In this document: in pieces, positions 20,054-30,344 of the stretch
How positions within the stretch are numbered: the first letter of the stretch is position 1
How the letters are laid out: each line of letters begins with the position of its first letter
DNA from: Vulcanimicrobiota bacterium
GTDB lineage: Bacteria > Vulcanimicrobiota > Vulcanimicrobiia > Eremiobacterales > Eremiobacteraceae
Assembly: GCA_963805945.1 (NCBI GenBank)
Contig: CAWDVP010000002.1
Coordinates: forward strand, 608,001-672,000
Reading direction: 5' to 3'
Length of the DNA: 64,000 nt
The notes under the pieces: model-generated
Database searches by the model: none
Told to the model about the DNA's origin: nothing
What the model saw: the letters and a program-made list of their open reading frames with translations, nothing else
Translations under genes and position numbers: made by a program

Positions 20054-20844
20054 GGTATCCGTCGGATTTCGATACGCTCGTCGAGGAGTACGTGCGCTAT
20101 CGGACATCCTATTCCAGCGAACTGTTCGACGTCGTCGCGGAGTACATCGGCCGGTCGCCTGACAAACGCGTGCTCGACGCGGCATGCGGCACAGGGCTTG
20201 CCACCCTTGGCCTGCTCGAGCGCGGCTTCGCCGTCACCGGCATCGACGTCGCAGAGCGGATGCTCGAGGTCGCGCGTTCGAGCATGCCCGCCGGCGCCGA
20301 CGCAGCGTTCTATCCGGGCCGCGCGGAGGCGCTGCCGTTCGCGGACGCCGCCTTCTCCGGCGTCATCTGCGCTCAGGCGTTCCACTGGTTCGACGAGGCG
20401 CTCGCGCTCGCGGAGTTCGCCCGGGTGCTGCAGAACGGCGGCGCGCTCGCGATCTTCTGGAAGCACGCGCGCCCCGACGACCGCTATGCGCGCGCGGTGA
20501 GAGAACTGCTCACGCAGTGGACCGGCCGCTCTGAGGCGCCGATGGAGAGCAGTTTCCGCGACTCGCTCGCCGCGTTCTGGTCCGAGATCGGCGGTTCGGG
20601 CGAGGGCCGGCACGGCTCGCTGTTCGGCGAGGCCGAACTGCGCATGCTGCGCTTCGGGTTGCGCTACGACGTCGATTCCTACGTCGGCTATCATCGCTCG
20701 CGGGAGAACCTGCGCATCGCGCTCGGCGATCGGCGCGAGCAGTTCCTCGACGAGGTGCGCAAGGAGATCGAGGCGTTGGCGCCGTCGTCGGGCGAGTTCG
20801 AGGTCGAGCAGGACCAGTTCTTATATCTCGCGCGCAAGCGCTGA
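20050..20844 (+). CDS. Class I SAM-dependent methyltransferase (Methyltransf_11-like)
   Basis: GTG overlaps the scpB stop. VLDAACGTG, AEALPF, AQAFHWF. Confidence 0.88.
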   Translation: MRYPSDFDTLVEEYVRYRTSYSSELFDVVAEYIGRSPDKRVLDAACGTGLATLGLLERGFAVTGIDVAERMLEVARSSMPAGADAAFYPGRAEALPFADAAFSGVICAQAFHWFDEALALAEFARVLQNGGALAIFWKHARPDDRYARAVRELLTQWTGRSEAPMESSFRDSLAAFWSEIGGSGEGRHGSLFGEAELRMLRFGLRYDVDSYVGYHRSRENLRIALGDRREQFLDEVRKEIEALAPSSGEFEVEQDQFLYLARKR

Positions 20845-20859
20845 GAATCCCAACGGACT

Positions 20860-20930
20860 TGGAGCGGTCGAATTTATTCGACCGACCCTCACGTAAAAAA
20901 AAAGACGGTCGAGTAAACTCGACCGCTACA
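20860..20930. repeat. Inverted REP doublet (REPIN/BIME-like), family 1
   Basis: TGGAGCGGTCGAATTTATTCGACCG (20860-20884) and the inverted copy CGGTCGAGTAAACTCGACCGCTACA (20906-20930, GTAG head on the minus strand). Confidence 0.85.
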
Positions 20931-20965
20931 TAGGAGAACCCGTACGGCAGGCTAACCAGGTGCGC

Positions 20966-21835
20966 ATGCGATTCGGCGTGCACGTCGGCATCGGCGCCGG
21001 CTTTCCGCGCAAGACGATCGACGAGGCGCTCGCCGCCGGCTGCGATTGCATCCAGATCTTCGCCGGCAACCCGCGCGGCTGGCGGCGCGCGCCGTACGAC
21101 CCGAAGCCATGGCAAGAGTTCCTACGGCTGCGCGAGGAGCACGGCATCGCGCCCGTCGTCATCCACACCTCATACCTCATCAATCTAACCACCGCCGACC
21201 GCACGCTGCACGCCAATAGCGCGCGGCTCGTCGCGTACGATCTTGACGTCGCGGCCAAGGGCGGCATCGAGTACGTCAATACCCATCTCGGCAGTTACGG
21301 CGATCAGGACCGGGCGAAGGGATTTGCGCGCGTCTGCGCCACCATCGAAAAAGTCGTGAGCGCCGCCAAACCCGGTCCGATGCTGCTGCTCGAGAACTCG
21401 GCCGGCGCGGGAAATCTGTGCGGCGGCACGCTCGAGGAACTGGGCGCCATCCTCAAAGCGGTCGGCAGCGCGCGCGTTGGCGTGTGCCTGGACACCGCGC
21501 ACGCCTGGGCGTCCGGTTATGATATCCATACCGCCCATGGGGTCGACGACTTCGTCGCCGCGATCGACAAGCATATCGGCAGCGCGCGCGTGCGCGCGCT
21601 GCATTGCAATGACACCAAGGTCGAACTCGGGGCGAAGCGCGATCTGCACTGGCACGTGGCAAAGGGGCGCATCGGCAGCGCGGGTTTCCGGGCCTTGCTG
21701 CGGCGTCCCGAATTCGCACACGCGGCGGTCATCTGCGAAACGCCGAAGACTCCAGAAGATGACAAGGGCAACGTCGCGACCGTACGGCGTTTGGCAGGTG
21801 CGCCGCCGCGCCGCGCGCGGGCGAAGAAAGCTTGA
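20966..21835 (+). CDS. nfo: Endonuclease IV
   Basis: GVHV, QIF..NPRGW, HTSYLINL, HLGS, LLENSAG, CLDTAH, HCND, ICETP. Confidence 0.93.
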   Translation: MRFGVHVGIGAGFPRKTIDEALAAGCDCIQIFAGNPRGWRRAPYDPKPWQEFLRLREEHGIAPVVIHTSYLINLTTADRTLHANSARLVAYDLDVAAKGGIEYVNTHLGSYGDQDRAKGFARVCATIEKVVSAAKPGPMLLLENSAGAGNLCGGTLEELGAILKAVGSARVGVCLDTAHAWASGYDIHTAHGVDDFVAAIDKHIGSARVRALHCNDTKVELGAKRDLHWHVAKGRIGSAGFRALLRRPEFAHAAVICETPKTPEDDKGNVATVRRLAGAPPRRARAKKA

Positions 21836-21891
21836 TCGACGAGGCGCCCGGGACGTGACATTTTGGGCATTGGGAGAGTAAGAGAAGCGAT

Positions 21892-22851
21892 ATGAACAGC
21901 ATGAGAAACGCTGCCTTGTGGGCTGCCACGTGCACGCTTGGCGTGCTCGCGCTCGAGTTGGCCGGTCCGCTCGAGGCGATGGCGCGCGCGGGCGGTGGCG
22001 GGCACTACGGCGGCGGCGGCGGCGGCTCCCACAGCGGTGGTGGCGGCTATGGCGGCGGCGGCTATGGCGGTGGCGGCGGCGGGCTCTTCAGCCTGTGGCC
22101 GTTGTTCTTCCTCGGCCACGGCAGCTTCGGCGTCATCATCGTCCTGATCGTCATCTACTATCTGTGGAACCGCATGCAGGCGAACGCGCAAGCGCAAGGC
22201 GGCGTCGCGCCGTTGTTCCAGCCGGGCAGCGAGGCGGCGCCGGTGACGAAACAGTTCATGGACCAGCCGACGCGGACCGTCGATCCTGCGGCGATCGCCG
22301 CAGGCGAAGCTGCCATCAAGGCGCACGACCCGGGCTTCGACGAGCGCACGTTCCTCGACCGGGCGCAGACGGCGTTCTTCAAGATCCAGCAGGCATGGAT
22401 GGCGCGCAACCAGGACATCGCGCGCGATTCGATGAGCGACGCGCTCTACATGCGCCACAAGATGCAGACCGACCAGCTCATCGCAGCGCATCAGATCGAC
22501 GTCCTCGAGAACATCGTCATCGGCCATGCGAAGGTCGTCGAGGTCACCGCCGGCAAGCCGTTCGATTCGATCGCGGTGGCGTTCACCGCGAGCATGACCG
22601 ACTACACCATCGACGAGAACACGAAACAGGTCGTCGACGGCGAGCGCGCGCCCAGCACCTTCACCGAGTTCTGGACCTACATCCGGCGTGCCGACGCGAC
22701 CACCGCGGTCGGCGCGACCGGCCTCGCGTCGACCTGCCCGTCGTGCGGCGCACCGCTCAAGCTCACCAACGGGGTCTGCGATTATTGCGGCGCGCCGGTG
22801 CGCACATCGTCGTCGGACTGGGTGGTCGACCAGATCGAGCAGGCGTTTTGA
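21892..22851 (+). CDS. TIM44-like domain membrane protein with Gly-rich N-terminus and C-terminal zinc ribbon
   Basis: RAGGGG.YGGG, DPGFDE..FL..A...F.KIQ.AW, FTEFWTY.R, CPSCGAP...CDYCG. Confidence 0.85.
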   Translation: MNSMRNAALWAATCTLGVLALELAGPLEAMARAGGGGHYGGGGGGSHSGGGGYGGGGYGGGGGGLFSLWPLFFLGHGSFGVIIVLIVIYYLWNRMQANAQAQGGVAPLFQPGSEAAPVTKQFMDQPTRTVDPAAIAAGEAAIKAHDPGFDERTFLDRAQTAFFKIQQAWMARNQDIARDSMSDALYMRHKMQTDQLIAAHQIDVLENIVIGHAKVVEVTAGKPFDSIAVAFTASMTDYTIDENTKQVVDGERAPSTFTEFWTYIRRADATTAVGATGLASTCPSCGAPLKLTNGVCDYCGAPVRTSSSDWVVDQIEQAF

Positions 22852-23189
22852 GCGATACGGACGGCGAGCTCAACTTCGAGCGGCGCCGCTACCCCCGTTT
22901 CAACGTCAAGCTGCCGGTCGAGTTCACCATCGTCGCGGAGAGCCGGCGCTGCCGGGCGATCGTCGATAACATCAGCCTCGCCGGCGTGCTGATCCTCACC
23001 GACGAGAAGCTCGAGCAGGGCACGCCGGTGATCGTGCATCTGCCGGGCGGCCCGACCGGGCTGTTCGACATCGAGGCGAGCATCGTGCGCACCTCGGTGG
23101 TCGGCGAGTTCGGAGTGGCGTTCGGGGCGATGAGCGAAGACGAGATCGAGTGGGTGACGAGCTTCGTAGAGAACCGCTCGGCGCTCTAG
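22848..23189 (+). CDS. PilZ domain protein (c-di-GMP receptor)
   Basis: TTG overlaps the upstream stop. RRRYPR (RxxxR) and NISLAG (D/NxSxxG) motifs. Confidence 0.85.
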   Translation: MSDTDGELNFERRRYPRFNVKLPVEFTIVAESRRCRAIVDNISLAGVLILTDEKLEQGTPVIVHLPGGPTGLFDIEASIVRTSVVGEFGVAFGAMSEDEIEWVTSFVENRSAL

Positions 23190-23196
23190 ATAGCGC

Positions 23197-24870
23197 CTAG
23201 CGCTCGAGGATGAAGCGCCCGCCGCTGTAGTCGAGGAAGACCGCGGTGAAGCGCGAGAGCACGCCCGCGCCGACCAAGCCGTCCGATAGGGTGGGCACGA
23301 ACGCGCCGGTCGGCTGCATGACGATCTCCGTCGCGACGCGGTCGACCTCCAGATTTCCGAGATTCAGCTTCGAGACATATGCGGTCTTGATGTGGATGCT
23401 GCCGCCCGCGCCGCTGGCCTGTGCCATCGAGCTGAAGTACGACGACACGTCGGTGTGGCTGGACGCGTCGGTGCCCGCCACCGTCTGCCCGCGCGAGCGC
23501 TGGCTGCCGGCTTGGTTCGGATCCAGCGGCGCACCGGCGTCCGTCGCGAGATCGCCGGGTCGCAGAAAATCACGCGAGTGCGTCGACGCGAAATCCTGAT
23601 ACAGGGTGAGCCCCGAGTTGCTGCCAGTGTCGATGGTGAAGGTCACCGGATCCTTGTCCCCGATCGTCGCCGCGACGTAGGGTAGGCGGTTGGTCGCATC
23701 GAGCGACAGCACGAGGCCGTTCCCCGCGTACCTGAACGCGCTCGGCTCGATGAATTGCACTTGTCCGCGCCCGTAGCTGATGCGCGTCACGACGTGCGCG
23801 AGCACGTCGAAGCCGAGCACGCCTTTGATGCCATAGCCGCGGATCTTCGCGGGTAGGCCGAGCGGCACCGCGGTGAGCACGATCGGGTGGAAGCGCAGCC
23901 CGCCGAGGTCCAGGCTGTCCGCGAGCGCCGACTCGCCGGTGAGCATAGTGGCGCCCGCCACGTGTGAGCTGCCGCCCATCGGCAGGCCAAGCGTCTTGGC
24001 CTCGTCGAGATCGATGAGCGACGTCGAACTGCCAGAATCGAGCAAGAACTTGGCGTTCTGACCGTTGATGCGCGCGCTGATCACGATGAGCGAGAGCGGC
24101 GAGTCGAAGTTCAAGGAGACGTCGCTTCGCCCGGCGGGGAACTCGGGCAAACGCGGCGGCGGAGGGGCGAAGCTCACCGTGGGCGGGTCGAAGACGACGT
24201 CGGTCACGGTGGTGGTGACGCTCGAACCGTCCTGCGTCTCGACGATGCGCGTCGGCAGCGTGAGTCCGCCGAAGCGGGCGTACTCGGGATAGCGGACGAC
24301 GCGCGCGCCGACGTCCACGCCGTCGACAAGCGCCGTCTGCTCGTCGACGTAGAACAGCGCGGGGTATGAACCGAACTTCGTGCGCAGGCGGTAGACATCG
24401 CGGCCGTCGAGCTGTGCGGTGCCATCCATCGTCCAAGCCACGGCCTCGTCGAGCAGCGCGCCGTTGAAGCCGAGCAAGCGGATGGAGAGCGCGCGCCGGC
24501 GCGTGTTCGCATCCGTGGTGACGTTGCCGTTGACGTCCTGCACCCAGTGGACGATGCCGTCGCTGCCCTCGACGCGTTCGCCGAACGGCATCGACAGCGT
24601 CGTCTTGTAGTGGCCGCTGTCGTCCGAGATCGCCGCATACTTTATCTGGGTGTCACTACGGCTGATGACGCCGTCCCATGACGCGCTCGAACCGGTGAGC
24701 GCACCGATCGCGTGGCGATGGCGCAGCAACAGCGCGCCGAGCTCGGGCGAGCGTGACGCGGGTTGCGCGCTTGCGGGCGCTGCGCTGGGAAGCGCTGGTT
24801 GCGCGGATGGCATCGCAGGGCCGGGCGCCAGCACGAGGGCCGCGACGACACCGATCCAAAGGCCGACCAT
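23197..24870 (-). CDS. Secreted retropepsin-like aspartyl protease (two Asp-protease domains)
   Basis: Signal peptide. FLLDSGS...GVLGFD and FTIDTGS...GLVGA motifs. Confidence 0.85.
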   Translation of the reverse strand: MVGLWIGVVAALVLAPGPAMPSAQPALPSAAPASAQPASRSPELGALLLRHRHAIGALTGSSASWDGVISRSDTQIKYAAISDDSGHYKTTLSMPFGERVEGSDGIVHWVQDVNGNVTTDANTRRRALSIRLLGFNGALLDEAVAWTMDGTAQLDGRDVYRLRTKFGSYPALFYVDEQTALVDGVDVGARVVRYPEYARFGGLTLPTRIVETQDGSSVTTTVTDVVFDPPTVSFAPPPPRLPEFPAGRSDVSLNFDSPLSLIVISARINGQNAKFLLDSGSSTSLIDLDEAKTLGLPMGGSSHVAGATMLTGESALADSLDLGGLRFHPIVLTAVPLGLPAKIRGYGIKGVLGFDVLAHVVTRISYGRGQVQFIEPSAFRYAGNGLVLSLDATNRLPYVAATIGDKDPVTFTIDTGSNSGLTLYQDFASTHSRDFLRPGDLATDAGAPLDPNQAGSQRSRGQTVAGTDASSHTDVSSYFSSMAQASGAGGSIHIKTAYVSKLNLGNLEVDRVATEIVMQPTGAFVPTLSDGLVGAGVLSRFTAVFLDYSGGRFILER

Positions 24871-24951
24871 GCGGCAGACTTCGGGATGCAGGGTCGCGAT
24901 TACCCTGGCCGGCGCAGGCTGGGCGCGGTGGCGGACGGGAGGTTCGGAGGG

Positions 24952-26712
24952 CTAGCTCGCCTTGATCTTGCGCCCGGCCACCCACGTCTCGGTGACCTTG
25001 ATCTTCTGGATCTGCTCGATCGGTATGGCGCGCGGGTCGTCCGCCAATATGACGAGGTCTGCTTGTTTGCCGACTTCGAGCGAACCGAGGCTTTGCGCCA
25101 TGCCGATCTGCGCGGCCGCGTAGATCGTCATCGCCCGCAGCGCGTCGCTGGGCGGGATCACCTGCTGCGGGCCGATGACTGACGAATCGGCGGAGCAGCG
25201 GCGGGTGACCGCCGTGCCGATGAGTTGCAACGGGCCTGGTTTCGTCACCGGTGCGTCCGAGTGCAGCGTGAACGGCAAACCGAGCGCGACGCACTGCCCG
25301 GCCGGGTCCATGTGCGCCGCGCGCTCGGGCCCGAAGAGCTCATCGCGATACGCGGCGCCGTAGTAGTACACGTGGTTCATCAGGAAACTCGGTTGGACGC
25401 CGAGCTTCTGCATGCGTTGGATCTGATCGGGCCGCGCCATCGTGCAGTGCTCGATGCGGTTGATGCCGGTGGCCGGGTTGGCGCCGTAGACCTGCTCGAT
25501 CGCGTCGAGCGCCACCTGGATCGCGGCGTCACCATTGGCGTGGATCGAGACCGGCCAGCCAAGCGACTTGACCTTCTGGCACTTCGCCACGAGCTCCGCG
25601 GCGGAGAAGTTGAGCATGCCCTTCTCGGTCGTGTTCAGATAGGGGATCGTCTGGGCGCCGGTCTTGGTCTGGTTGGAGCCGTCTGCGATGATCTTGACCG
25701 CGTAGAACGAGAGCAGCGAGCCGGGCACCTGCACGGCCTGGGCCCCCGGTTTGCCGTACTTGATGACAAATGCATTGCCCTCATCGAGCTGATCGAATAA
25801 CGGACTGGAACTGAGCCGCACCGGCGTGGTGCTCGCCTCGGCGAGCCGCTCGTATCCGCCGAGCAGATCGTCGGTGCGTCCAGGCACGCCGCTGCCTGCC
25901 TCGTGCAGCGTCGTCATGCCGGTCGAGGCGCAGTGCTGCATGAACTGCTTGAACGCGGTCGCGACGCCCGCCGGCGTGATCTGCAAGCCGCCGTAGAAAT
26001 AATCCATATTGGTCTCGAACGCGACGCCGGTGAGCTCGCCGTTCGCATCGCGCGAGAAGTGACCGCCGCCGGGCTTGTCCGGCGTGCTCTTCGTGACGTT
26101 GCTCGCGCGCATCGCGGCGCTGTTGAACGACGCGGTGTGCCCGTTGTTGTACTGCACGTAGATTGGAATGGTCGCCGAGGCGTGATCGAGCTCTTGAAGC
26201 GTGAGCTCTCCGCCTTGCAGCAGGTTGTCGAAATCGGCGGCATAGATCCACTCGCCGGCCTTCTTCTTGGCGGCCGCGGCTTTGAGGGCGGCGAGCAGCG
26301 TCCCTTTGTCCGTGTACAGATCGGGACCGCACGGCGAGAAGAACGTGTTGAGGATCGCGGCGCCGATCGGGTGGAGGTGCGGATCGATGAAGCCGGGCAG
26401 CACGGTGCGGCCGCCGAGATCGATCACCTTGGTCGCGGTGGTCTTGTGCGGCATCACGTCGGCCTCGTCGCCGAGCGCGACGATGCGGTCACCGGCGATC
26501 GCCATCGCCCGGACATCGGGCTGCGTGCCGGCCATGGTGATGAAGACCGCGTTGCGCAGGATGATCTGCGGCTGCTCCGCCGCGCGCGCGCCACGCACGC
26601 CGGCCGCGAGCAGCGAGAGCAGTGCGCCGGAGCCGGCGAGGAATTCGCCGCGCGTGGGCAACGCCTTGGCGAAGATGTCGGTGAAGGCCGGGGAGACGCA
26701 CGTGCGGCACAT
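24952..26712 (-). CDS. Amidohydrolase 3 (YtcJ-like), exported
   Basis: DLGGRTVLPGFIDPHLH, KIIADGS, IHANGDAA, RIEHC, HSDAPV, GSLEVGKQADLVIL. Confidence 0.92.
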   Translation of the reverse strand: MCRTCVSPAFTDIFAKALPTRGEFLAGSGALLSLLAAGVRGARAAEQPQIILRNAVFITMAGTQPDVRAMAIAGDRIVALGDEADVMPHKTTATKVIDLGGRTVLPGFIDPHLHPIGAAILNTFFSPCGPDLYTDKGTLLAALKAAAAKKKAGEWIYAADFDNLLQGGELTLQELDHASATIPIYVQYNNGHTASFNSAAMRASNVTKSTPDKPGGGHFSRDANGELTGVAFETNMDYFYGGLQITPAGVATAFKQFMQHCASTGMTTLHEAGSGVPGRTDDLLGGYERLAEASTTPVRLSSSPLFDQLDEGNAFVIKYGKPGAQAVQVPGSLLSFYAVKIIADGSNQTKTGAQTIPYLNTTEKGMLNFSAAELVAKCQKVKSLGWPVSIHANGDAAIQVALDAIEQVYGANPATGINRIEHCTMARPDQIQRMQKLGVQPSFLMNHVYYYGAAYRDELFGPERAAHMDPAGQCVALGLPFTLHSDAPVTKPGPLQLIGTAVTRRCSADSSVIGPQQVIPPSDALRAMTIYAAAQIGMAQSLGSLEVGKQADLVILADDPRAIPIEQIQKIKVTETWVAGRKIKAS

Positions 26713-26749
26713 GAGGGCTACCGATCCAGCTCTGTTCCGAAGAGCGACG

Positions 26750-26843
26750 TGGCGGGAGAAGATAGGAATCGAACCTACCGGTCCCCTTGCGAAGACCAAC
26801 TGGTTTTGAAGACCAGCAGGGGCACCAGCCCCATGCTTCTCCC
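26750..26843 (-). tRNA. selC: tRNA-Sec (anticodon TCA)
   Basis: 94 nt. GGGAGAAG/CTTCTCCC-G-CCA 8-bp acceptor, GGGGC-TGGT-GCCCC D arm, CTGGT-CTTCAAA-ACCAG anticodon arm, long variable arm and GGTTCGATTCC T loop. Confidence 0.97.
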
Positions 26844-26904
26844 ACGAAGCATCAGTCGTGCCCGGACGAAGTTCGGGTCACGCATGCCATCTCTTGCTTC
26901 TCGG

Positions 26905-28035
26905 CTACGCCGGGGCGGGCGGGGGCGCCGGCGCGGGTTGAGGCGGCGGCGGCGTTGCTGGTTCCGGCAGCGCGTAGCGCGGCACGAGGTTGACGAACAA
27001 CACCTTGATGATGCCGGCGATCGGCACCGCGACGAGCAGACCCAACAGTCCGAAGAGCTCGCCGAAGGTGAGCAGCGCGATGATGACCACGAGCGGCGAG
27101 AGGCCGACGCTTTGCCCGACGACGAGCGGCGCGATGACATGCCCCTCGAGCTGGTTGATGATGACGAAGCCGATGATGACGAAGAGCGCGTTGAGCGGGC
27201 TATTGGTGAACAGCGCGATGAGCACCGCCGGCGCCGCGCCGGCGAACGCGCCGATGTACGGGATAACGTTGAGCACGCCCGCGATGACGCCGATCAAGAT
27301 GGCGAAGCGGACGTGCAGCAGCGTCAGCATGATCGCGATGAGGGTGCCAACGACGATCGCGACGAGCAATTGGCCGCGGATGAAGCCGCCGAGCACCGCG
27401 TTGATCCCATCGATGATCGCCACCGCCTTTGGCTGCGACGGCGGCGGGAACAGGCTCAAGGTCCCGCGGTAGAGCTTGTCGCTGTCTGCCATGAGATAGA
27501 TCGCGACGATAGGCACGATGACGAACAGCACGAGGATCGAGACCGCGGACATGACCACGCCGAGGAAGCCCTTCGTCGCCTCGCCGCCATAGCGGTCTGC
27601 GAGCGTGACCAGCTCCGTCGGCAGCGCCGCGATATAGTCGCGGAGGCCCGGCGTAAGATGCGAGCCGATGGGACTGGCGGGGTCGGAAAGCGTGGCTTGC
27701 GCGTTTTGGGCGATCGCCGGCGCGTCCTGGACGAACTGCCTCACGTTGTCGCTCACCAGGGGCACGATGAACGCGAGCCCGACGCCGACGATCACAATGA
27801 CGACCGCATAGACGATAGCGATGGACGCCCACAATGGCAGACGGGTGTTGAGCCGGCGCACCGCCGGCAGGACCACGTAGCATAAGAAGACGGCGCCGAT
27901 GACGATCACCGTCACGGTGTGGACGCGTCCGAGCAGCTGCAAAAAGCCGATTAGCACGAGCGCAGCGAGCACGACCACGCCGAGCACCTTGAGGGCCGTC
28001 GTCAAGCGCGCGTCGCCAAGCGTCAGGTTCTGCAT
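26905..28035 (-). CDS. AI-2E family transporter
   Basis: GFIRGQL, LNVIPYIGA, NQLEGHVIAP..VG..VGLSP, G.LGLLVAVP. Confidence 0.92.
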   Translation of the reverse strand: MQNLTLGDARLTTALKVLGVVVLAALVLIGFLQLLGRVHTVTVIVIGAVFLCYVVLPAVRRLNTRLPLWASIAIVYAVVIVIVGVGLAFIVPLVSDNVRQFVQDAPAIAQNAQATLSDPASPIGSHLTPGLRDYIAALPTELVTLADRYGGEATKGFLGVVMSAVSILVLFVIVPIVAIYLMADSDKLYRGTLSLFPPPSQPKAVAIIDGINAVLGGFIRGQLLVAIVVGTLIAIMLTLLHVRFAILIGVIAGVLNVIPYIGAFAGAAPAVLIALFTNSPLNALFVIIGFVIINQLEGHVIAPLVVGQSVGLSPLVVIIALLTFGELFGLLGLLVAVPIAGIIKVLFVNLVPRYALPEPATPPPPQPAPAPPPAPA

Positions 28036-28104
28036 ACCGACTCCCATACGGCAGGGGCCGCGGCCCCATCCGGAACACACCCGCTCACACGGGGGAAGCA
28101 TCTT

Positions 28105-29745
28105 GTGACTATAGCCGCGTTTCTCCTCATCCTTGCGATCATCGTCGCGCTCGTGGCGCTCGCGAATCGCATCCGCGTCGCCTTTCCGATCGTGCTCGTG
28201 CTCGGCGGCATGCTGCTCGGCTACATACCGGGGTTCCCGGTCATCCTCATGCCGCCCGAACTCGTCCTCGTCGTCTTCTTGCCGCCGCTGCTGTACTGGG
28301 AGAGCGTCACCGCCCCGACGAGCGAGTTCCGTTCGGGGGCGTGGTGGATCTTCCAGATGGCGGTTGGTCTCGTGATCGTCACGACCTGCGCGGTCGCGGT
28401 GGTGGCGCATTGGCTCGAGCCCGCGCTGGGCTGGGCCGCCGCATTCGTGCTCGGCGCCGTCGTCTCATCGACCGATGAGGTCGCGTTCGCGCCGATCGTG
28501 GAACGGCTGCCGCTGCCGCGGCACGTCGTCGCCAGCATCGAGGGCGAGGCGCTCGTCAACGACGCCACGTCGCTCGTTCTGTACGCGGTCGCGGTCGCAG
28601 CCGTCGTCACGGGCACGTTCTCCGTGCGGCAGGCGATCGGAGATCTCGCGCTTGCGGTCGTCGAGGCCGTAGCCATCGGCATCGCCGCCGGCGCGCTCGC
28701 GGTGCTCGCGTGGCGTTTCATCAAAGAAGACGCGTTGCAAGCGATCATCTCGATCTTGACGCCGTACCTCGCCTACCTGCCGGCGCAGCACCTCGGTGCG
28801 TCCGCCGTGCTCGCCGTCGTCACCGCCGGTTTGTTCGTGAACCGCTACACGCCGACCGTCCTCACGCCGAGCGCGCGCGAACGCGCCACCGGTTTCTGGG
28901 GCACCATCACCTTCACCGCCAACGCGCTGATCTTCATCCTCGTCGGGCTCCAGTTCCATCCGGTGGTCGAAAGCCTCGCGCAGTACACCGTCCCGACGCT
29001 CATCTGGTATGGTGTGGCCGTGTCGGCGGTCGTCATCATCGTCCGCGTGCTCTGGACGTTCGGCCAAGCGCTGCTCCCGATCACAAACGAGCCCGAACAC
29101 GTCGGTGGAAAGGCCGAGTGGTCGCACGTGTGGCTGCTCTCGTGGGCGGGCATGCGCGGGGGTGTGTCGATCGCGGCGGCGCTCGCGATCCCCTTCGAGA
29201 CCGCGGCCGGGGAATTTCCTGGCCGCAACCTCATCATCTTCCTCACCTTCTGCGTGCTGTTGGCGACGCTCGTCGGACAGGCGGGCACCATGCCGCTGTT
29301 GATCCGCTGGCTGCATATCGAGGACGACGGAGCGGGCAAGCGCGAAGAGCGGCTCGCGCTCGCCGCGATGGCGCGCGCCGCCCTCACGCGGATCGACAAG
29401 CTCGGCAAGAGCGGTGAGCTGAGCAAAGAGATGTGCGATTTCCTACGCGTGCGTTTCGAGAAACGCTGGCAGGAGTTCAAGCGATCCGACGCCGCCGACG
29501 CGGCCACGAAGGGCGATGCCGCCGAAGGTACTGCCGCGACGGCGCTCTACCGCAAAGCGTCGGCCGATCTGGTCGACGCGCAGCGCACCAAGCTCATCGC
29601 GCTTCGCGACAAAGGCAAGATCGACAACACCGTGATGCGCCGGCTGCAGCGGCTGCTCGATCTGGAATCAGAGGAGATCGTGCTGCTCGGCAGCGCTGGC
29701 CACTCGGCACTCGACGAGGAGATGGGAACGGACGAGTCGTCCTAG
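28105..29745 (+). CDS. Na+/H+ antiporter (CPA1, YjcE-like)
   Basis: FLPPLLY, LGAVVSSTD, EGEALVNDA, SWAGMRGGVS.AAAL.IP. Confidence 0.92.
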   Translation: MTIAAFLLILAIIVALVALANRIRVAFPIVLVLGGMLLGYIPGFPVILMPPELVLVVFLPPLLYWESVTAPTSEFRSGAWWIFQMAVGLVIVTTCAVAVVAHWLEPALGWAAAFVLGAVVSSTDEVAFAPIVERLPLPRHVVASIEGEALVNDATSLVLYAVAVAAVVTGTFSVRQAIGDLALAVVEAVAIGIAAGALAVLAWRFIKEDALQAIISILTPYLAYLPAQHLGASAVLAVVTAGLFVNRYTPTVLTPSARERATGFWGTITFTANALIFILVGLQFHPVVESLAQYTVPTLIWYGVAVSAVVIIVRVLWTFGQALLPITNEPEHVGGKAEWSHVWLLSWAGMRGGVSIAAALAIPFETAAGEFPGRNLIIFLTFCVLLATLVGQAGTMPLLIRWLHIEDDGAGKREERLALAAMARAALTRIDKLGKSGELSKEMCDFLRVRFEKRWQEFKRSDAADAATKGDAAEGTAATALYRKASADLVDAQRTKLIALRDKGKIDNTVMRRLQRLLDLESEEIVLLGSAGHSALDEEMGTDESS

Positions 29746-29758
29746 GGCCGCGCGATCG

Positions 29759-30244
29759 CTAGATGTGGCAGGTCGGCGCGATGCCGCGCTTCTCGAAGTA
29801 GCGCTGATGGTAGTCCTCGGCCTCGTAGAACTTCGACGCCGGCGTGATCTCCGTGACGATGGGCCGCTTGAAGCGGCCTGACGTCTGGAGTTGCTCCTTT
29901 GAGCGCTTCGCCGCCGCCTCTTGCTCGGGCGTGTAGAAGAAGATGGCGGAGCGGTATTGCGGCCCCACGTCTGGTCCTTGGCGGTTCAGCGTCGTCGGAT
30001 CGTGCAGCTTCCAAAACGCGTCGAGCAGTTGCTCGTAGCTGACCTTCTTCGGGTCGTACGTGAGCTGAACGGTCTCCGCATGGCCGGTGCGGCTCGTGCA
30101 GACATCCTCATAGGTGGGATCCGCAAGCGTGCCGCCGAGATAGCCGACGCGCGCGTCGACGACCCCGGGGATCTGGCGGAAATTCGATTCGACGCCCCAG
30201 AAGCAGCCGGCGCCGAAGGCCGCGGTCTCTAGTCCATCAGGCAT
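29759..30244 (-). CDS. msrA: Peptide-methionine (S)-S-oxide reductase
   Basis: [38 protein letters not shown]. Confidence 0.96.
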   Translation of the reverse strand: MPDGLETAAFGAGCFWGVESNFRQIPGVVDARVGYLGGTLADPTYEDVCTSRTGHAETVQLTYDPKKVSYEQLLDAFWKLHDPTTLNRQGPDVGPQYRSAIFFYTPEQEAAAKRSKEQLQTSGRFKRPIVTEITPASKFYEAEDYHQRYFEKRGIAPTCHI

Positions 30245-30344
30245 TGTTCGTGCTCATCCTCCACCAAGAGATACGCTGTTACGCCGTTCTTGGATGTACG
30301 CCCTTGCCACAGAGGGCATGCCATAGGCGCGGGTACAACTCATC

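Noticed and set aside
18664..20844. 726-aa ScpA-ScpB-methyltransferase fusion in the ORF track
   Set aside because: Compensating indels in the error-rich zone link three genes. Each has its own start and stop (TAA 19396, TTG 19380, GTGA overlap at 20050-53), and the joining segments are out-of-frame nonsense.
21990..22085. GGC-rich microsatellite
   Set aside because: It encodes the Gly-rich N-terminus typical of TIM44-like membrane proteins.
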